Part shown: positions 26,995-39,189 of the stretch, piece by piece | How positions within the stretch are numbered: the first letter of the stretch is position 1 | Layout of the letters: each line of letters opens with the position of its first letter | Assembly (NCBI RefSeq): GCF_006345805.1 | Contig: NC_043012.1 | Coordinates: 50,902,001-50,966,000, forward strand | Direction of reading: 5' to 3' | DNA length: 64,000 bases | Source: Octopus sinensis | Lineage: Eukaryota | Program-made: the position numbers and the translations under genes | The notes under the pieces: generated by a model | Database searches by the model: none | Told to the model about the DNA's origin: nothing | What the model saw: only the letters and a program-made list of their open reading frames with translations

Positions 26995-29640
26995 GTATGT
27001 GTGTGTATGTGTATGTTTGTATGTATGTGGTGGGAGTGTTATGATTTCAGGTTATTACGGTTAAGAAAAGGATTCTATATTTATGTATAATCATATTGAA
27101 ATTTGGAGCAATTTTCAATGCGCACGTTGCTTATGTCTGGGAAAGAAGTGGACAGGCATGCTATAGCTGGGAAGTATATATTGAGTACACTGAGAATATG
27201 AGCAAAACAATTGTGTTTCATTAAACTTTTTTTTATCTTGATGTATGAAACCTTTGAAACGTATAAACTTTACACATTTATGACAATAAATATTGTGAAA
27301 TATGCGAATTCTTTCGGAAATATAAGACGACATATATATTTAACCACTGGGTGCACGAATGAAAATGAGCAACAATTTCACTCACACCTACACTCACATA
27401 AACAGACAGATAAACGCATATTCACACATACATAAATGTATATGTATATACGTAAATACATAGACGTGTCTATATATTTATATATATATATGTATGTGTA
27501 TAAACACATACACACACAAACATACACACATACACATATACACACATACCATTATATATATCTATTAAGCATATATGTTTGTATGCGTCTATCTCATTAT
27601 GTTTGTATTATTTGCTTGACTGTGTCTTTGCGTTTGAGCTTGCCTGAGTATATTCACGTATGTTTCGGGTGCGATATGTGTGTTTAAGTATATTTGTCAA
27701 TTTGTCCATATACATTTAAATACATTGCATGAATAAATATATTTACATGTATATAATTGTACAAGCATGCTGTTTGTCGTGTCATCAAGCATGTATATAT
27801 TTACGTTGATGAAGAATGTGTGTACGGAGATTATGTTTAGTGAATCAGGAAGAGTTAAATAATGGAAAAAATAATGAGTTGTATTTTCTTTTTTCATGCG
27901 TTGATATGTCAACATGGTAATAGCGCAATGATTGAATGCAAGAACGATTGCGCTTGGCTGAATTATCGGAGGACATGTAAGTAAGCAGCACAACAATCAA
28001 ATAATATTATGTGTGGTGGCATGAGTCTTGCATAGAATCATATGTAACATCAATCATCAAGAAATAGAATAGGAATTGATCGCAGCGAATTGCAAACCGT
28101 TCTTTAATTTCATGCTATATTGTTTATGCATGAGAATAGAATTTGTTTTGTAGATATTCTGATATTTTCCTGGGTTTTTTATTAATGTTGTTTAGGATGA
28201 TGATGATGATGATGATGGTGTCACTGCATTGTTGTTTTGTCTCCAATTTATTGATATCTAGAATATGTATTTTAGTTCTTAAAAAAAACTGCAGTTTGTC
28301 TTGAATATTTGTTGTATTTTTCCTTATATTTTTGTAAAGTTGTTTTTCGTTTGGTTCAGTTTTTGTCAGCTACGAAAAAAAATAATGCATTTAATATCAA
28401 CCTTCAAAAGACTCACATAAGTAAAATCAAAAAGCGAAGAACAAATAGGGAATAGAATGGTGACAAATTGAAAAAGAATTTTTTTTTTAAATGTGCATTG
28501 TTGATTCTTTATATTACTTATTTTACGCGGCACTTGACCAATTTTAGAAGATACGTAGAATTGTATAATTTGATTTCCATTACATTTTGTATGTGCCAGA
28601 CACAAAATTAATCTTGACGGCTTAGCATGCACTATATGGAAGTTGTGCTGTACTAAAAACCAAAACATAACAGGCAATCTGGCTTTGTACCGAGTGATAT
28701 GCTACACGAAGATTCAAAATATTTACTGATTTGTCCATTAAAATTTAACAAAGCAAAAGCAGCTATTTTTACATCTGCTTTCTACTTTATTGGATCTAAT
28801 AACAAAGTGAGCATAGAAATTAACGGCAAATCATTTTCCTTTTGAAATAGAATAAACGTCATGTGGCAGCAAATTATGTATCATGGAAAAGTAGAACACG
28901 GGAGCAATATTTAGCAGAATATAACACTTTATATATTGTTGAAATTTTATTGACTTCAAACTGGCTTTCAGATATCTCTATATTGTGTATCTCGTTACAT
29001 TATCATCTGAGCCAATTTTGTTTCGTACTATAATGGAAAAGAAGTCAACAGCATCGTTTCCTTAATGACACACACAAACACACACACACACACACACGCA
29101 CACACACACACACACACGCACTTATACACATACATATTGTGTAGCTTTATTTTTATAATTGAATTATGAAAAGTATATTTGCTTCATATCCGAAGAATAC
29201 TTTTCACAAAATCATAGCAGAGCGGGAAGACGAATCATAGCGTAATGTCGCAGCACGTCAGTTCTAAATTCAACTCCTATCTCTTGTGTAATACAGTATT
29301 AATAACACCAGATAGGTTAGAATTTGCAGCCTGTTAATGTATATAGAAAAGGAACACCGAAAACGAGGTCAGTATTAATGCTCTAAGTGATGTACATCTG
29401 TTTCGTGAGATATTACGTGAACATAAAGCCTAATTATGTGAATAAATACAGCCAGAACTATTTATCGGCATTCATTCATGTAACTTGGCTTCGGGCTAAC
29501 GTAGCTGATGTCTACAAATTTCACAACAAATGCGCAGTATGCACGATTTTCTATAGACTATGTATTCTTCATTCTTTGGCTCTCTCTTCCTCCCTCTTTG
29601 CCACTTTACACGCTCACACACCCACAAATACAGACGCAGT

Positions 29641-29761
29641 GTGCAGAAAGCCTGATTTCGTAGTAGTTGACAGAGATAATAGGAAGTACTAGATAATTGA
29701 TTTTACAGTTGCGAGTAGAGTTAATATGAGAGACATAGAGAAAATAGTAAAGAACCTAGCC
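29641..29761 (+). mobile_element. R4/Dong-like RLE endonuclease fragment, left half
   Basis: RKPDFVVVDRDNRKY*IIDFTVA...EKIVKNLA is the PD..D restriction-like endonuclease motif. It continues in frame at 33395. Confidence 0.7.
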
Positions 29762-29780
29762 GCAGGAGATTGGCGCAGAT

Positions 29781-29971
29781 AGGCGCAGGAGTGGCTATGT
29801 GGTAAGTAACTTGCTTACGAACCACATGGTTACGGGTTCAGTCACACTGCGTGGCACCTTGGGTGAGTGTCTTCTACTATAGCCTTGGGCCGACCAAAGA
29901 CTTGTGAGTGGATTTGGTAGATGGAAACTGAAAGAATCCCGTCGTATATATGTATATATATATATATATAT
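29781..29971 (+). mobile_element. SINE family 2, 5' half (split by the Penelope-like insertion)
   Basis: AGGCGCAGGAGTGGCTATGTGGTAAG...GGGTTCAGTC...GGAAACTGAAAGAATCCCGTCG then (TA)n. Confidence 0.85.
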
Positions 29972-30171
29972 TTGAGTAATTGAATGAATTATCTTATTAA
30001 GGATAATTCGAAAGCTAACCGATACCTGGGTAGCAAATTCACATCAGAAAGAACACGGTTGAAGCTACGTCCCTAGGGCATAGACTACGCGTCTTCGTGC
30101 GGAAATTTGTATGTTTATCTTAAAATTATAAGTATATGAAAGAATGGAGTTGAAAGACAAGTTAACAAATA

Positions 30172-30268
30172 TCCTTTATTCTCGACATATGTTTCGAAGG
30201 CTGCATATTCCTAATTCCGAAGGAATAAGGAGTACATTATGCAGATTTCTCATCAGGAAACTCAAGGA
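30172..30268 (-). ncRNA. Type I hammerhead ribozyme in the inverted left pLTR
   Basis: Minus strand: TCCTTGAGTTTC-CTGATGA-extended stem II-GAAA-C-ATAT-G-TC-GAGAATAAAGGA. Confidence 0.8.
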
Positions 30269-30413
30269 ACTTATGTCGACACCAAAATGCACAAAAAACT
30301 TTTAGCCGACCGCTCTCAAGGAGCCCATGGCGATAATGAGTGTCTCTTTATAATGAGTGACGTCAGAGTGGCTGAATGTAGAAGAATCTAGAAGTTTCTA
30401 AAGGTTCAAATGA

Positions 30414-32438
30414 GCATTAAGGCTCATTTGCCCTTCTAGTTCCGACATCGGTTCCATAAGTAAGTACATTTTAGATAAATACATACCTAGATTAGTTAAT
30501 AAGATTAAACTCAACATATGGTCTAACTCCACTCAAGTCGTAGAATGGTTCTCTTCCATTTCTAATAAAAATAGCACTAAATTCATTCAATTCGTTATTT
30601 CCAATTTCTACCCTTCGATAAACCTCATCGTGCTTAATAAGGCCCTATGGCACGCACATAACAAGGCAGGGCTGACAAGGGAGGAAATTAATATAATTCT
30701 AGCCGCTAGAAAATCCTTCATTCGATTCGATGATAAGTTATGGGTCCGTAAGGATACTCCCAACGCGTTCGATGTGCCAATGGGAAGCTCAGATAGCGCC
30801 CAGGTAGCCGATTTGGTCGGAATTTATATTCTATATGAATTAGCCGACCAATTCCCGGACATCTGCGGCGGTCTGTATCGAGACGATTGTGTTTTTTACC
30901 TACAGAATGCCCCTAACAGTAGGATACAGAAGAATAAAAATAGATTAGTTAGATTTTTCAGCAGGATGGGCATGATCATAATTGTTGATAACGAACTAAC
31001 TAAGGCCAATTTCTTAGATGTTACCCTAAATTTGCATAATAATTCTTACTTCCCTTATCATAAGCCGTCTACGAACCTAAAATATGTCAGTATTTTCAGT
31101 AACCATGCAAAAACTATCACCGATAATTTGGTTAAAAATATATATTTAAAATTATCTAAGTTATCAGCAAATGTCGACATTTTTAAACAGAAAGCAGAAT
31201 TTTATAATGCCACCTTGTCAAAGGCCGGTTATAGGGATAAGGTATCATATATCGATACGGCCCATCCTAAACTAAGTTCTACCCATCAAGATAAGATAAC
31301 TTCTAATAATAATATAAATAACATAAATAGTGATTTCAGCTCTAGCAACGGCGACACAAATATATTTTACAGCGTAAACCTAAACCCATTCTACAACACA
31401 GAAATATACCCTTTAATGTAAATGTCAACACTCTCAGCCATTCCAAGAACAAAAAAAAACTATATCTGGTTTGTGATTCCTTTCGGGAGACAAATCAGGT
31501 ATAATCTCCCTTTACAATTCCGTGAAGCTGTTACTAAGAATTTTCCTAGGAATTCTAGATACTACTCGACTATAAATTCGCATAAAGTAAGAATAGCATT
31601 CTCAAATACTAAAGATCTTTCGCAGATAATAGCTTCCCACAATAATAAGCTGCTAAATAGGGTCTCTCCACCCATGAGTAGCGACACCGCACTCACCCAT
31701 TCCAACGTAACATACATTAATAATAATAATAGAAGTAGTATGGATATTAGCAACATTCATAGCAGCATTAGCGTTAGCAATAGTAATAATGATAATAACA
31801 TTAGCCAGATTATTAACAGTGGTGGTGTTAGTGGTAATAGTACCAGCATTCTTAATAACAGTTATATTATTGATGATAACAATCGCAGCATTCCTATAGC
31901 CAGGGAATTTGCCGACGATATTACGACTAATAGTAATGATAATAAGATGAATAGTATCGTGGCCAAAGCCAGCAACAATTTTTACACCTATCACAACAAT
32001 AAAAACTCTGTCTTAGTATCGGAAACCAACCCCAACAGATTAAAGTTCTTATCCAAAAATTCCAAAATTAGAACCACCACTTACCAATGCAAAATCTCTT
32101 CTGGAACCGATGTCTACTTCTATATTGGCGCAACCTCTTCTAAATTAGTCCAAAGGATCTCCAACCATTATTCCACTTTCAGAGATAAGAGAAAGCAACA
32201 CAGTACGGGGCTAAGCAAATTAGTCTGGCGTCTGAAGAACAATAACACTACGTTCAAGCTCGAATGGTCCATTTTGTCGGTGTCCTTCCCGTTTGATAAA
32301 GGCAGAAAATTTTGTGTCATCTGTAATTCCGAACTTTTTCATATTTTGTTCGCCAAAGGCCCTTTAATAAACACAATCGTCGAACGATCCTACAGGTGTT
32401 TACACTGGAAAAGACACACCTTTCACTCATATAAATAG
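30414..32438 (+). pseudogene. PLE polyprotein remnant: reverse transcriptase (30414-31421) and GIY-YIG endonuclease (31422-32438) in one frame, split by a single TAA
   Basis: RT motifs RLICP, FIQF(V)ISNFYPSI, PMGSSDSAQVADLVG, GLYRDD, NFLDVTLNL and PYHKP. Downstream YIWFVIPF, SHNNKLL, YFYIGAT, RISNH, STGLSKLVW and FCVIC...RCLH. Confidence 0.85.
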
Positions 32439-32983
32439 TGACTAATATAGATAACCCTTCGATTTCCAAAAAAGATAATAATTTTTCCTATATTTCACCC
32501 CAATAGTCAAAAAGATTTTCTTATATTTCCAATTACTACTATCCATTCTTGCGTTGCCTCTCACACCGCCCGATTCTTTCTCCCTTCCTTTCTCTACATT
32601 AAACATAATCCAACACACAGACACAGATCTTTCACCTCACAGCTCTCAGTTTTCTGACATCTACCCATCCACAAACACAATCACGCATTCAGACACACAC
32701 ATACACACATTAAGACAGTTATATACAGTCACACACACAGCACTCATTCACAAAAGAAATCATTTAAACCCACCATTCTTTTGACCTGCACTCTCTCACC
32801 TTACTATTCTTATGCCTCCCTCCTCCTACTTCGTTTGAACTCTTGAACCTTTAGAAACTTCTAGATTCTTCTACATTCAGCCACTCTTACGTTACTCATT
32901 ATAAAGAGACACTCATTATCGCCATGGGCTCCTTGAGAGCGGTCGGCTAAAAGTTTTTTGTACATTTTGATGTCGACATAAGT

Positions 32984-33080
32984 TCCTTGATTTTCCTGAT
33001 GAGAAATCTGCGTAATGTACTCCTTATTCCTTCGGAATTAGGAATATGCAGCCTTCGAAACATATGTCGAGAATAAAGGA
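32984..33080 (+). ncRNA. Type I hammerhead ribozyme in the 3' pLTR (predicted cleavage after GUC at 33068)
   Basis: Stem I is TCCTTGATTTTC/GAGAATAAAGGA (11 of 12 pairs). CTGATGA is at 32996-33002, stem II is extended with a C(UUCG)G cap, GAAA is at 33057-33060 and stem III is C-ATAT-G. Confidence 0.85.
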
Positions 33081-33125
33081 TATTTGTTAACTAGTCTTTC
33101 AACTCCATTCTTTCATATACTTATA

Positions 33126-33128
33126 TAA

Positions 33129-33164
<36 letters not shown>

Positions 33165-33389
33165 ATGTACGTGTTTATGTGTCTGTGTTTGTCCCCCAAC
33201 ATCGCTTGACAACCGATGCTGGTGTGTTTACGAGTCCGTAACTTAGCAGTTCGGTAAAAAGAGACCGATTAATAAGTAGTAGGCTTACAAAGAATAAGTC
33301 CTGGGGTCGATTTGATCGACTAAAGGCCGTGCTCCAGCATGGCCACAGCCACATAACTAAAACAAGTAAAAGAGTAAAAGAGTAAAGAG
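33126..33389 (+). mobile_element. SINE family 2, 3' half
   Basis: (TA)n(TG)n, then GTCCCCCAACATCGCTTGACAACCG...GGGGTCGATTTG...CCAGCATGGCC...AAGTAAAAGAG tail. Confidence 0.85.
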
Positions 33390-33615
33390 TAGCCATTAAG
33401 TTACAGAGACTATGGGGAGTGCGGAAAAAATGTATCCCCGTAGTCATAGGTGCGTTTCGAACTAGCCATAAGGATTTCAACAGAAGGATAGAGAAAATTG
33501 GCATGAAACCCTCTGTAGGGCAACCCAAGAAAACAGTGTATTAGAGAGAACAAGGATACTCAGGTTACTTTTTATAACCCGTTTCCAGCGGTTTTATCCG
33601 TTGCATGTGTATGAA
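33390..33615 (+). mobile_element. R4/Dong-like C-terminus and 3' UTR, right half, followed by (AAT)n
   Basis: IKLQRLWGVRKKCIPVVIGAFRT...IEKIGMKPSVGQ matches the ELQRLW..V.PVVIGALG motif. Confidence 0.75.
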
Positions 33616-33635
33616 ATAATAACAACAGCAACAAA

Positions 33636-33702
<67 letters not shown>

Positions 33703-33728
33703 TAATAATGGTGATGATGATGATGATG

Positions 33729-33795
<67 letters not shown>

Positions 33796-33797
<2 letters not shown>

Positions 33798-34351
33798 GCC
33801 CTGATGCAGTACCAGGCAGTAGCTCTCATGGCTTCTGATCTTAACTGATTTGAAGTGTTATCATGTACATTGTTTTGTCTTGGTATAAAAGATGGGCTAC
33901 AGCAAATATTCTGCTCAATACCACAGATTTGCTTGTCAGTTGTTTGACCATAACCAGTTGAGCATGTCCCTTAGTGGCTGACGATATGTGCATCTCTGAT
34001 CACGAGCAGAAGTAGTGGGGGAGCATCATAGCCATGTGTTGAGAGGGATTCTTTGGGGTTTGGATAATTCACCTTTGGAAACATGGGTGGTTCGTTCAAC
34101 ATCCTTAAACAACCCTTATTCAAGGACCTTTTGAGCGGGATGGGCTACTCAACCTGAAGAAAATTCTAACTGGGCCCCACCTGCAAGGTCATGTGCTGTT
34201 TATCTTGATATGAGATCACCATGTCGCGCACATATGGTTGTGATGCATGTGCCTGGTGTACCTTTATCAGACGGGTAGTCATGTTGGGTATATTGGTCTT
34301 CGTATATTTTACCCCAGTGTCACTTTGATGGCATGCACTGCTCTCTCATTC
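33796..34351 (+). mobile_element. Unclassified non-coding element of about 556 bp embedded in (AAT)n, copy 1
   Basis: An end-to-end inverted homolog lies at 51428-51978. Confidence 0.75.
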
Positions 34352-34409
<58 letters not shown>

Positions 34410-34420
34410 TAATAATAATA

Positions 34421-35085
34421 CACATCTCTTAATGGATGACTTGAAATAGTTTGGGAAATCTGAAAAACAGATAGATTACTTAACCAAACAAGCCCTGAAT
34501 TGTGGTACGGACATGTGTATGGATTTTGAGATTACTAAATGCTCAGTACTTAATATGAAAAGAGGGAAGGAAGCAACCTGCAGAGGATTGCGGTTACCAT
34601 TAGGAGAGACCATGGGTGAGCTCGACAGTAGTGGGTATAGATATTTAGCAATTTTGGAGCTGGATGACATTCTACAGAGAGAAATGTAAGTCTAGGTCAA
34701 CGAGGTGTATCAAACAAGTGTGAAGATGATGTTAAAACCCAACCCCAATGCAAAAATTTTGATTACCGCAATGAATATCGAAGCGGTTCCAGTGGTCAGA
34801 TATAGTGCATCTATCCTCAAATGGACTAAGGAGGAAATATCGACAATGGATAGTAGGACGAGAAAGTTGATGACGCTGAATGGTGCGTTATAGTCTAAAG
34901 CAAACGTAAACAGATTGTATATGAAAAGAAATAATGGTGACAGGGGACCAATTAGTATAGGCCATCGTATAAGGAATGAAATTAGAATGCTTGCCGAGTA
35001 TTTCATAAATAGTGATGAAGAGGGACTGCAATATGTCACGAAAGATATGGATGCAAATGCAGTGAAGTATAACATCTATAAAGCT
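34421..35085 (+). mobile_element. R4/Dong-like RT C-terminal half and downstream region, degenerate
   Basis: MDDLK, TKCSVLNMKRGK, GYRYLAILE, AVPVVRYSASILKWT, DSRTRKLMTLNGA and RLYMKRNNGDRG. Confidence 0.85.
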
Positions 35086-36480
35086 TCTGACACTCAGAAA
35101 TGCAGACTCATTATCAGTGCATACACGGTCTCAACCATTCCATACATGTCGAGTGTTTCCAAAATCCCCGATTGTGGCAATATCTCGTAAGTCGCTTTGA
35201 AGTCTACCCAGGCCGTGCATAAGAGTTTGGTACCGTTTACAGTTCTTCATTATAACCTTGTCTATCACAAGGTGGTTCTTGGTGCCCTTGAAATCGTTTG
35301 CGGCATCCCATTTGTTCTACTGACCGTATATTTGTTTTCGAAAAGAACGTATATATTTTCCCAACGAAGGTACCTGTTAATACTTTCCATAGGAAGTTAA
35401 GACAGCCAATGGGTTGGTAATTTCCGACCTCTCTGCTCTTTGACTGATCTTTCATTAACCGCTACCATACACTCCGGATCTGCACCGCTCTGTAGGCAAT
35501 TGTCTAATTGCATTCCAATGCTATTGTGTGTTAATCTGAACCATTTAAGCCTGTAGTCTTTAATTCCGTCTGGCCCTACTCGTTTCCAGTTTGGCACTTC
35601 CGATACTTGTGCAATGACATCTTCCATTGTTATGCGCGCAAGGTCTTGTCGTGGAGCCCCGGGATGATGGAGTTCGGATAAGAAGGAATAAATCTAATCA
35701 ATCCGTGGTTGAGGGAAACTTCTTACACCAGATGTTATTACTAGTTTGGCAGATTTCTTCTGCTTCTGAAGGTGTATTATCTTCTGTGTTTCCTCCAAAG
35801 CCCTTCAACATCTGCGCCTGGTATTCCGGAACTGCGATGTGATCAATTTAGCGCAGCACTCTTAATGTTTTTGCCCGCACACGTTGTTTTAGGGTTTCGA
35901 TGACACTTTTCCCCCTTCTGTTTCTATTTTGTAGATTGTGTCAAGATATGCCCTTGAACTTTTTTCCATTTTTCCAATGCCCTTTGGACCACTGTTCTAT
36001 GCGGCGGCTCAGATCTTTACGCAAAGTTAGACTATGACCTTCAGTTCTCCGTCTCCACCACTTTCCTCTCTTTATTTCCAGCTAGTTAACCTACTAAAAT
36101 TGAAGCGGATCTGACCAAGTCTTTGTTTCCGTTAGATCTTTTGTCAAAATCTTTTCGTCAGCATTTTGCGTCGAGTTCCAAAGTGATACGGACGAAGCTT
36201 CTTAAATTCACCAGCTTGGTCTCTGTTTTTGTGATTATTATATCTTCAAGTCTTATCCTGGGGTTTCTTCGTTCCTCAGCCATATCCTCACGTAATTCAG
36301 GGTTTCCTACATTATACTGATTGGCCGGCCTCTCCTATTACAACTTTTCTTGCCTACGCATCCGCTGATCTTCACCTACGTTCTTCTCTTCCACATTATC
36401 GCCACAACAGAAGTGTTTCCTGATTGTCACTATATGGGTGCCATTAAGTAAGCCTCTATTCTGAATTATTCTTATCTGAT
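35086..36480 (-). mobile_element. R4/Dong-like N-terminal region to RT motifs 1-3, degenerate
   Basis: Minus frames give VPNWKRVGPDGIKDYRLKWF, GNYQPIGCLNFLWKVLTG, EQMGCRK and HLVIDKVIMKNCKR. Confidence 0.85.
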
Positions 36481-36482
36481 TC

Positions 36483-36522
36483 TATTATTATGATTGTTGT
36501 TGTTGTTGTTGCTGTTATTTCT

Positions 36523-36603
<81 letters not shown>

Positions 36604-36605
36604 AA

Positions 36606-36656
<51 letters not shown>

Positions 36657-36816
36657 GAAGAAGAATGATGTGATAATGATTATAATGTTGATGATGGTGA
36701 TAACCAGTATAGGCGCATGGTTTGCAAAATATAACTAATTTTTGATTTTAAACAAATGAAAGTATGTATTTCTCAAAACATTAATAATTACAGTGATAAT
36801 AATAATAATAATAATA

Positions 36817-36848
<32 letters not shown>

Positions 36849-36936
36849 TAATAATAATAATAAAATTAATAATGATGATAATAATAATAATGATAATAAT
36901 AATTATAATAATTACAGTGATAATAATAATAATATT

Positions 36937-36977
<41 letters not shown>

Positions 36978-37008
36978 TGATGATAATAATAATAATAATA
37001 TAATAATA

Positions 37009-37060
<52 letters not shown>
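36483..37060. repeat. Compound microsatellite (TTG)/(AAT)/(AAG)/(GAT)
   Basis: Read directly from the sequence. Confidence 0.95.
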
Positions 37061-37061
<1 letters not shown>

Positions 37062-37920
37062 TAGTATTAATTAAGGTCGTTTTTTTAAAGTGATTTCTCC
37101 ATTGCCTAACAGCATGTGAAGAAATGGAATATGATAGATTGTGGAAGCTGACTCTTTTTAAATGAATTGGCTGACAGTCTTTCCCCAAGGATAAACCCAA
37201 GACTGAATAGTAAATCTAATATGCAGAAGCAGATTCTTTATTGTTACTCAAATTGCATAGCTTTTAATTAGTTTTCTTAGTCATCTACTAATTTTCTTCC
37301 CGACTAAACATGGTTTTTATTGTTATTGTTTCAATTGATTTTTTTCCCTCTTGGCATTGTTTACAGTGTTATTGTACTATTGTGTTATGTTTCTTTTTCC
37401 ATCAATTATTATTAAGTGCTAGAATCATAATAATATTATTATTACTGGTGCTTCTTTTTAATTGTTACATTTATTGTCTTAAGCGTCATTATCAGCATCC
37501 CTCATCGCATATAAACATATTATTTACGGCTTTTTTTTTTGTTTCTTATAACTGTGACTTTATAGTTGTACCTGCTGGGAATTTCAACTAACGACAGACT
37601 ATTTATTTTACAGTTTATAGTCGAGTGAGGTCTTTAGAAAATGTTTGCTTTTTCTATTACTTAATCCTTCACATGTGAATTACTCTGCAGTTTATATAGT
37701 CCCAACTTCTATAATGTCAGTTCTATTTGTTCTTTGAAATTTTTTCTGTCATATTTCTTAATGTTTCTATCCAACGTCATAAAGGCATTGGAATAATTTT
37801 CGTAAACTTCGTTACATGCATTATAGTACATTGCAATTAATGTCTTTTATTAATGACAATTCGACAAATGGAATGGTGCCTGCACTTTGCAGTATACATA
37901 CATGGTACATACTTATATAC

Positions 37921-37954
<34 letters not shown>

Positions 37955-37997
37955 TGTATGTATCTACATATACGTATATGCATATATACATATATAT

Positions 37998-38058
<61 letters not shown>

Positions 38059-38156
38059 GTGTATGCATATATGTATAGGATATATATGAATATATCTATA
38101 TAATCATATAATTATATGTTACTGTATATATACATATACATATATATGTGTATATG

Positions 38157-38187
<31 letters not shown>

Positions 38188-38989
38188 GCGTGTGTGTGTG
38201 TGTGGTGTATGCATATAAATATGTGTGTATGTATGGAACATAATAGAGAAGCATGTTTCACAAACTATAAACCTATTGACATTATAATATAACATAGTTA
38301 CATTATAAAGTAAGATAATATAGTATAATATAATATAAAATTAAATTAAATAAATATATATAATACAATTTGCTTTGATTCATAACCACTGGTAAATTTA
38401 TAAAATAAAATTCAAATTTATGTATATGGATCACGTTAGGGTAATATTTACCTAAAGCAGACAAAATTTCAATTAAGGAATGGATATGAATCTAAATAAT
38501 TGTAGGATATATATTTGTTTCATTTATTTGTTATGTTATATTGTTTTATATCATATTATATCTTTTCATAGTTTAATGGTATTATATTGTAATGTCCCAA
38601 AAATTATTATAAGTTAATTAGTTGTATTTCTGTATTTCATTTAATATTTATTTATTGAAATTTTACCATTCTAAGTTCTAATTATTTCTCTACTACATTC
38701 TGGTATTTAACTGAGAACCACTGAAAATTGAATGCTTTCCATCCCTTTGAAGGAAGTTGTTTTTTCCTTGTATTGAATTAGTATATATATATATATATGT
38801 GTATGTGTGTGTGTTTGTGTGTGTGTGTATGTTTGTATGTGTGTATATATGTATATATCTATATAAATAAGTATATATAAATAGACATATAGACATGTAC
38901 TCTCTGTATATATAAAGTTTTTACGTATATATATTCATACACACATATATGTACATATATGCTTATACGTATATATAGAAACACACACA

Positions 38990-39036
<47 letters not shown>

Positions 39037-39189
39037 TATATATATGCATATATGTATATGCATAGATTCATCCATCTTCCATCTACACATGCATACAAAC
39101 ACACATGCATACACACACATACAGGTGAATATACAAGCATACACATACATATATATTTCGTATGATAGGGTGAGGTAATGCTTTTACTT

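Larger units (their letters stand above)
29972..33125 (+). mobile_element. Penelope-like retroelement (Naiad-like clade), 5'-truncated, with inverted pLTRs at 30127-30409 and 32843-33125
   Basis: Contains an RT plus GIY-YIG reading frame, near-identical 283-bp inverted terminal repeats and hammerhead ribozymes. It is inserted in the (TA)n tract of a SINE. Confidence 0.9.

Noticed and set aside
31419-31424. Programmed stop-restart translation at TAA-ATG
   Set aside because: A single copy that also has a catalytic D-to-V change is more simply explained by mutation; a family consensus is needed.
30414-32843. Selenoprotein-type Naiad (in-frame UGA plus SECIS)
   Set aside because: The only in-frame stop is TAA, not TGA, and no SECIS could be identified by eye.
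34421-36480. Twin-priming inversion
   Set aside because: The halves are convergent, whereas twin priming gives divergent segments with an intact 3' end.
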